A stretch of DNA of 64,000 bases from Eledone cirrhosa. Its lineage: Eukaryota. The notes below the pieces were generated by a model. It saw nothing but the letters and a program-made list of their open reading frames with translations. It ran no database searches and was not told the DNA's origin. The stretch spans positions 13,516,001-13,580,000 of the forward strand of contig OZ024757.1 of assembly GCA_964016885.1 (NCBI GenBank), written 5' to 3'. The position numbers and the translations under genes are program-made. The stretch's first letter is position 1. Every line of letters starts with the position of its first letter. Positions 56,801-64,000 of this stretch are shown in pieces.

Positions 56801-57461
56801 CTCACCATCTATATACATCTCACTGGTCACTCTCACCATATATATACATTTCACTGGTCACTCTCACCATATATATACATCTCACTGGTCACTCTCACCA
56901 TATATATACATCTCACTGGTCACTCTCACCATATATATATATCTCACTGGTCACTCTCCATATATATATACATTTCACTGGTCACTCTCACCATATATAT
57001 ACATCTCACTGGTCACTCTCACCATATATATACATCTCACTGGTCACTCACCATATATATATACATTTCACTGGTCACTCTCACCATATATATACATCTC
57101 ACTGGTCACTCTCACCATATATATACATCTCACTGGTCACTCTCACCATATATATACATTTCACTGGTCACTCTCACCATATATATACATCTCACTGGTC
57201 ACTCTCACCATATATATACATTTCACTGGTCACTCTCACCATATATATACATCTCACTGGTCACTCTCACCATGTATATACATCTCACTGGTCACTCTCA
57301 CCATATATATATCTCACTGGTCACTCTCACCATATATATATATATACATCTCACTGGTCACTCTCACCATGTATATACATCTCACTGGTCACTCTCACCA
57401 TATATATATATCTCACTGGTCACTCTCACCATATATATACATCTCACTGGTCACTCTCACC

Positions 57462-57478
<17 letters not shown>
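39826..57478. repeat. ~17.6-kb minisatellite, ~31-bp unit CATCTCACTGGTCACTCTCAC+(CA)(TA)n
   Basis: Several hundred tandem units with variable TA length. Confidence 0.98.
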
Positions 57479-57496
<18 letters not shown>

Positions 57497-57766
57497 TATG
57501 TGATGTGTTGTTTCCTTGAGCAAGGCACTTTATTTCACATTGCTCCAGTTTACTCAGCTGTAGAAATGAGATGATAGGGACTGGGGTCCCTATCATTCCA
57601 CTGCAAAGTGGTCGTGGAGGTGCCACGGCAAATAAACACCCAGCACTCACTGTAAATGAGGTTGGTGTTAGGAAGGGCATCCAGCTGTAGAAATCAAGCC
57701 AGAATCAGTTCCCGTCCCACCCTTGCAAGCAGGGAAAAGTGGACGTAAAATGATGATGATGATGAT

Positions 57767-60036
57767 ATACACCCCACGGGTCACTCTCACCAACTATATA
57801 CATATATCTCACTGGTCACTCTCACTATCTATATACACCCCACTGGTCACTCCATTTATATACACCCCACTGGTCACTCCTATCAACTCTATACACCCCA
57901 CTGGTCACTCCATTTATATACACCCCACTGGTCACTCCATTTATATACACTCCACTGGTCACTCCATTTATATACACCCCACTGGTCATTCCTATCAACT
58001 TTATACACCCCACTGGTCACTCCATTTATATACACCCCACTGGTCACTCCATTTATATACACCCCACTGGTCACTCCATTTATATACACTCCACTGGTCA
58101 CTCCATTTATATACACCCCACTGGTCATTCCTATCAACTTTATACACCCCACTGGTCACTCCATTTATATACACCCCACTGGTCACTCCATTTATATACA
58201 CTCCACTGGTCACTCCATTTATATACACCCCACTGGTCACTCCATTTATATACACCCCACTGGTCACTCCATTTATATACACCCCACTGGTCACTCCATT
58301 TATATACACTCCACTGGTCACTCCATTTATATACACCCCACTGGTCACTCCATTTATATACACTCCACTGGTCACTCCATTTATATACACTCCACTGGTC
58401 ACTCCATTTATATACACTCCACTGGTCACTCCATTTATATACACCCCACTGGTCACTCCATTTATATACACTCCACTGGTCACTCCATTTATATACACTC
58501 CACTGGTCACTCCATTTATATACACTCCACTGGTCACTCCATTTATATACACTCCACTGGTCACTCCATTTATATACACCCCACTGGTCACTCCATTTAT
58601 ATACACTCCACTGGTCACTCCATTTATATACACTCCACTGGTCACTCCATTTATATACACCCCACTGGTCACTCCATTTATATACACTCCACTGGTCACT
58701 CCATTTATATACACTCCACTGGTCACTCCATTTATATACACTCCACTGGTCACTCCATTTATATACACTCCACTGGTCACTCCATTTATATACACCCCAC
58801 TGGTCACTCCATTTATATACACTCCACTGGTCACTCCATTTATATACACTCCACTGGTCACTCCATTTATATACACCCCACTGGTCACTCCATTTATATA
58901 CACTCCACTGGTCACTCCATTTATATACACTCCACTGGTCACTCCATTTATATACACTCCACTGGTCACTCCATTTATATACACCCCACTGGTCATTCCT
59001 ATCAACTCTATACACCCCACTGGTCACTCCTATCAACTCTATACACCCCACTGGTCACTCCATTTATATACACTCCACTGGTCACTCCATTTATATACAC
59101 CCCACTGGTCACTCCATTTATATACACTCCACTGGTCACTCCATTTATATACACTCCACTGGTCACTCCATTTATATACACCCCACTGGTCATTCCTATC
59201 AACTCTATACACCCCACTGGTCACTCCTATCAACTCTATACACCCCCACTGGTCACTCCTATCAACTTTATACACCCCACTGGTCACTCCATTTATATAC
59301 ACCCCACTGGTCACTTCTATCAACTCTATACACCCCACTGGTCACTCCTATCAACTTTATACACCCCACTGGTCACTCCTATCAACTCTATACACCCCAC
59401 TGGTCACTCCAACACCCTCTATACACCCCACTGGTCACTCCAACACCCTCTATACACCCCACTGGTCACTTCTATCAACTCTATACACTCCACTGGTCAC
59501 TCCATTTATATACACCCCACTGGTCATTCCTATCAACTTTATACATCCCACTGGTCACTCCTATCAACTCTATACACCCCACTGGTCACTTCTATCAACT
59601 CTATACACCCCACTGGTCACTCCAACACCCTCTATACACCCCACTGGTCACTCCAACACCCTCTATACACCCCACTGGTCACTTCTATCAACTCTATACA
59701 CCCCACTGGTCACTCCAACACCCTCTATACACCCCACTGGTCACTTCTATCAACTCTATACACCCCACTGGTCACTCCAACACCCTCTATACACCCCACT
59801 GGTCACTCCAACACCCTCTATACACCCCACTGGTCACTCCAACACCCTCTATACACCCCACTGGTCACTCCAACACCCTCTATACACCCCACTGGTCACT
59901 CCAACACCCTCTATACACCCCACTGGTCACTCCTATCAACTCTATACACCCCACTGGTCACTTCTATCAACTCTATACACCCCACTGGTCACTCCAACAC
60001 CCTCTATACACCCCACTGGTCACTCCAACACCCTCT
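57767..60036. repeat. Related minisatellite with 27-bp (CACYCCACTGGTCACTCCATTTATATA) and 31-bp variant units
   Basis: Shares the CACTGGTCACT core; produces the FIYTPLVTP ORF repeat. Confidence 0.97.
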
Positions 60037-60106
60037 AGGCCAAGTCTTTCATGAGAAATATATGTATTTAAAAAAGAGAAGAGGTGCTGTTTATTTAAAA
60101 GGATAC

Positions 60107-60186
60107 GTCCTTGCTCTATAAATTTTGTTGCAGTTTTCAAGTTTTCTGCCATGTGACAGCGGACCATCATCACAGGAAGACGTCGC
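60107..60186 (-). CDS. IMP3: IMP3 exon ((R)RRLPVMMVRCHMAENLKTATKFIEQG(H))
   Basis: Acceptor gtatctcttcag, donor gtatcc; 80 nt, phase 2 to 1; matches RRRLP...FVEQGH. Confidence 0.95.
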
Positions 60187-60780
60187 CTGAAGAGATACAG
60201 ACATAAATATGGTGAAATATGTGAGGTACACTATTACGTTACACTCTATGTTACACTATTTTGTTACAGATTTGTTACACTATTTTGTTACAATTTTAAT
60301 TTTGTTACACCACACACTGTATGTAACATTGTATTCTTACATTGTGGAGTCACACTGGATATTGCATGATGTAGTCACACTGACTGTTACAGTTTTGTAA
60401 CACTGTATTGTAGCATTGTGGAAGCACATTGCATTTTGCACTGTGTTGTGACACTGACTGTTACACTGTGTAGTCACATTGTTACATTGTGAAGTCACAC
60501 ACAATGTTACAGTGTATGTAACATTTGTGGAGTTACATTGAATGTTAATTTATGCTGTTACACTGGATTTTAGTGTAGCTACACTCAGTGTTACACTATG
60601 GAGCCACGTTATATGTTACCTTGTATAGTCACACTGTATGTTACACAATGGAGTCACATTGAATGTTACATTTTGGAGTCACTCTCAATGTTACACCAAA
60701 TTCTGATACAGTCAGTGTAGTGTCACCCTGACTAAAACATTTACTGGATGTGAAATGATTGACTAAAAGACTGTATTTAC

Positions 60781-60855
60781 CTGCAGAATGACACGGCAGT
60801 CACCTTGTTGGCTAATTCTAGAGACTGTTTAGTTGATATCAAACCAAGACAATAT
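60781..60855 (-). CDS. IMP3: IMP3 exon (YCLGLISTKQSLELANKVTAVSFC(R)); upstream exons not found in window
   Basis: Acceptor tatatctttcag, donor gtaaat; matches [26 protein letters not shown]. Confidence 0.93.
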
Positions 60856-60939
60856 CTGAAAGATATATAGAAACATTACATAAGAAAATCTGCAAAATTG
60901 AATGAAGTTTCAACAGGCATTTGAAACAAATAAAAAAAA

Positions 60940-61684
60940 AAACTTTTAGCATTTAAACCGGCTGTATCTGGCCAGAATTCTCTCACCTCTTTCATTTCAA
61001 ACCGGCTGTATCCGGCCAGAATTCTCTCACCTCTCTCATTTCAAACCGGCTGTATCCGGCCAGAATTCTCTCACCTCTCTCAGTTCAAACCGGCTGTATC
61101 CGGCCAGAATTCTCTCACCTCTTTCAGTTCAAACCGGCTGTATCCAGCCAGAATTCTCTCACCTCTTTCAATTCAAACCGGCTGTCTCCGGCCAGAATTC
61201 TCTCACCTCTTTCAGTTCAAACCAGCTGTAACCATCATACTGATGTTAAGGTATTGTTCTTAAAATAAATAACATCAAAATCTCGTAGATTTGATATTAT
61301 GTGAGATAATTATGTGAAATAAAGCCTTTACCGCGAAAATACAGTAGTATAGAGTAATCATCATCACCGTTTTACGTCCGTTTTTCCATGCTAGCATGGG
61401 TTAGATGGGTTGTCCTGTTGTGGGCAGTGTCTGGTCGGCTGACATGCCTTGCTCATACAGGAACTGATTCTGGCTTGATTTCTACAGCTGGATGCCCTTC
61501 CTAACACCAACCTCATCTACAGCGAGTACTGGGTGCTTTTTTTCCGTGGCGCCTCCACGTCCACTTTACAGTGTGGGCTGGGTGCTTTTTTGCCGTGGCA
61601 CCTCCACGACCACTTTGCAGTGGGAGGGTGTGGGGGCATATTGTCTATATGCTTCAGCTTGTAATGTGAATGCTAAAGGGTTAA
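60940..61684. mobile_element. MITE-like element with (CC)CTTTAGCATT / AATGCTAAAGGG-TTAA ends, an internal ~43-bp tandem repeat (~6 copies) and a nested SINE
   Basis: Ends resemble TTAACCCTTTAGCATT (2159) and TTAACCCTTAAGCATT (35086). Tandem AAACCGGCTGTATCCGGCCAGAATTCTCTCACCTCT at 60955-61230. TTAA suggests piggyBac type. Confidence 0.55.
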
Positions 61685-63054
61685 AAAAAAGGAACAGATA
61701 CACTTAAGACTGTAGCCCTATATTATACAAAATGATTGGAAAGTCATGGATTGCTTATTGATCCTTTGTCTACTCAGTTAGAGGGTTGACCTGGGGCTAA
61801 ACAATGACACCACCACCACCACCACCACCACCATCAGCAACAACAACACCACCAAACCCAAGATTTCAGAAGAATTCAAATAAAAGTGAAAAAAGAAACT
61901 GATAAGAAATTGTTGGAGGGTGCTGGTGGGGGTGGGAGAAGGGCAAAGGAATGTGTTTCTTTTTCTCTCTCCCTATTCCTGTGACCATGTGAGTAGAGGG
62001 AGGGGGAGAGATGTAGAGATAGAGACAGAGGAGGAGAGTAGGAGGAGAGGGAGTGACTGGAGGGTGAGGTGGGGTGGAGAAAGAAAGTCAAAACCTTGCA
62101 GTTATGGGAAGAAAGGAGACAGACTGAGAGAAAAGAGATAAAGATATATATATGTGTGTGTGTGTGTATATATATATAGAGAGAGAGGGAGTCGGCATGT
62201 TGCAGTTATGGGTAGCAGAGACAAAAAGAGAGAAAGAGGTATACATAGAGAGGGAGAAAAAGAGAGAGTATGTGTGTGTGTGTGTGTGTGTGTCAGTAAG
62301 TTGCAGTTATGGGGAGAAGCAGAACGCAGGGCAAGGAATTTGGTTTGACTTTCTGTAGAAAAGAGGTTGGCACCAGTTTCCCAGGAACTTATTAACAATC
62401 AGTCGCTGTTTAGCCCTAGGTCAGCCCTGGGACATCATCATCATCATCATCATCCTCATCATCATCATCATCACCACCATCACCTCCGTTATATGTCCAT
62501 TCTTCCACACTAGCATGGGTTAGACGATTATCCTGTTGAGGGCAATGCCAGGTCAGGTGACCATGTCTTGCTCACACAGAACTGATTCTGGCTTGGATTC
62601 TACAGCTGGGTGCCCTTCCTAACGCCAACCTCATTTACAGTGAGTATTTGGTGCTCTTTGTTGCAACACCTACATAACCACTTTACAGTATGGACTGGGT
62701 ACTTTTTATCATGACACCTACACAACCACTCTACAGTGTGGACTGGGAGCTTTTTGTCGTGATACCTATATGGCCACTTTACAGTGTGGACTGGGAGCTT
62801 TTTGTCGTGATACCTACATAACCACTTCACAGTGTGGACTGGGTGCTTTTTGTCGTGACACCTACATGACCACTTTACAGTGTGGACTGGGTGCTTTTTG
62901 TAGTGACACCTACATGACTACCTCACAGTGTGGGCTAAAAGCTATATTCTCATCTTTTCATGTAGCTTAGACTACATTATCCAGGATTGTACTTTTTTAT
63001 AATCTTTCAGCAGAAAGTCTGCACAATGCACTCTGTGCACTGTGCATGGGCGTT

Positions 63055-63800
63055 GTGTTACACTGAAGCAGGCGAGGAAGTTCAAGTATCTTGGTACTAT
63101 TTTCACGAGTAACTGAAAACAGGAAGCTTAATTAGATGCAAGAATTGCAGAAACTGGGGCAGTAATGTGCTAACTTCATCACTCAGTCATCAGAAGAAAG
63201 GAGGTAGATGTAAAAGCCAAACTCATTCTCTCCAATTCAATGTTTGTGCTTACTCTTACCTATGGTCATGAATTTTGGGGAATGAGTGAAAGTATACAAT
63301 CGCGAATAAAGCAGCTGAAATGGGGTTTCTCCAAAGGATCTTTCGAATAATGTTACTTAATGGGCTGCATAGCTTGGAGATGAGGGAGTTCTTCCAAGTA
63401 GAACTGCTACATCTCTGAATTGAGAGATCACAGATCTGATAGTATGGACATGTGGTTAGAATGTCTAGGGAAAGAATTGCTGGACATATATCCTGGGAAA
63501 GGAAACCCACAGGCAGAGCACAAGCAAGATGGCTGGATAACATCCATGAGTTCAGTTGGTCTCTGGCATTTTTATGAGCAAAACCAACCAGCAGGCGATC
63601 CAGAGTAGACCTTGAGCAAGATGGTTGGATAACATCCATGAACTTGGCTGGTCAAACCTGGTGATCCAACCGGATCAATTGGGGACAGTTGCTTCTGACA
63701 GGACCCTCTGGAAGATTTGTCTGAGGACTCTGGGCCCTTCCAGGAATAAATAGGCAAAGTAAAAGGGGAAGAAGGGTGTAATTCAATGTAAGTCTGTGAT
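63055..63800 (+). mobile_element. Decayed RTE-clade LINE fragment
   Basis: KFKYLGTIFT..LDARI..KAKL..LTYGHEFW..SRIKAAEMGFL..IERSQ..YGHVVRM, with several stops. Confidence 0.85.
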
Positions 63801-64000
63801 CATGAAGGACACATGAACCTAGATAACCCATATTTATAAATATGATGGGATGGGCATGATGGGAACGTCTTTGATCATATATGCCTGGGATCACAACTTG
63901 ATCACAACTGGCCTGGGGAGCTAAATAACAGCATCAGCATCAGCATCACCATCACCATCACCATCACCATCATCACCATCATCAGCAGCAGCAGCACAAT

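Noticed and set aside
39826-60036. CRISPR-like look of a constant repeat with variable spacing; long ORFs such as the 771-aa one
   Set aside because: The spacers are only variable (TA)n, there are no cas genes and the context is a eukaryotic intron. The ORFs are translations of stop-free satellite units.
62980-63022. Minus-strand DFLLKDYKKYN resembling IMP3 EDYTRYN
   Set aside because: It is followed by an in-frame stop, has no suitable splice sites and the flanks do not match IMP3.

Overview
AT-rich, microsatellite-dense animal genomic DNA; the SINE/LINE families suggest a cephalopod (octopus-like), which is inference. The one host gene I recognise is IMP3 (U3 snoRNP protein) on the minus strand: five coding exons between 34929 and 60855, with the 5' exons not found here. 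Its 20.4-kb intron (39750-60106) is almost entirely two related CACTGGTCACT minisatellites. The left half contains a ~3-copy tandem segmental duplication (~8.9-32.3 kb) carrying fold-back arms with degenerate tRNA-like units. It also holds a decayed, near-full-length Naiad/Chlamys-type Penelope-like element (RT + GIY-YIG, 19.5-21.8 kb), plus RTE LINE fragments, tRNA-derived SINEs and MITEs. The most striking signal is a set of type I hammerhead ribozymes (HHRs) from about seven sequence-distinct families, nearly all inserted in (TA)n and often with fold-back ends. These include a very young, non-coding 463-bp tandem array with one minimal HHR per unit (3417-6393), which looks like a retrozyme/circular-RNA element plausibly mobilised by Penelope-like RT. 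All ribozyme folds were paired by eye, and activity is untested.
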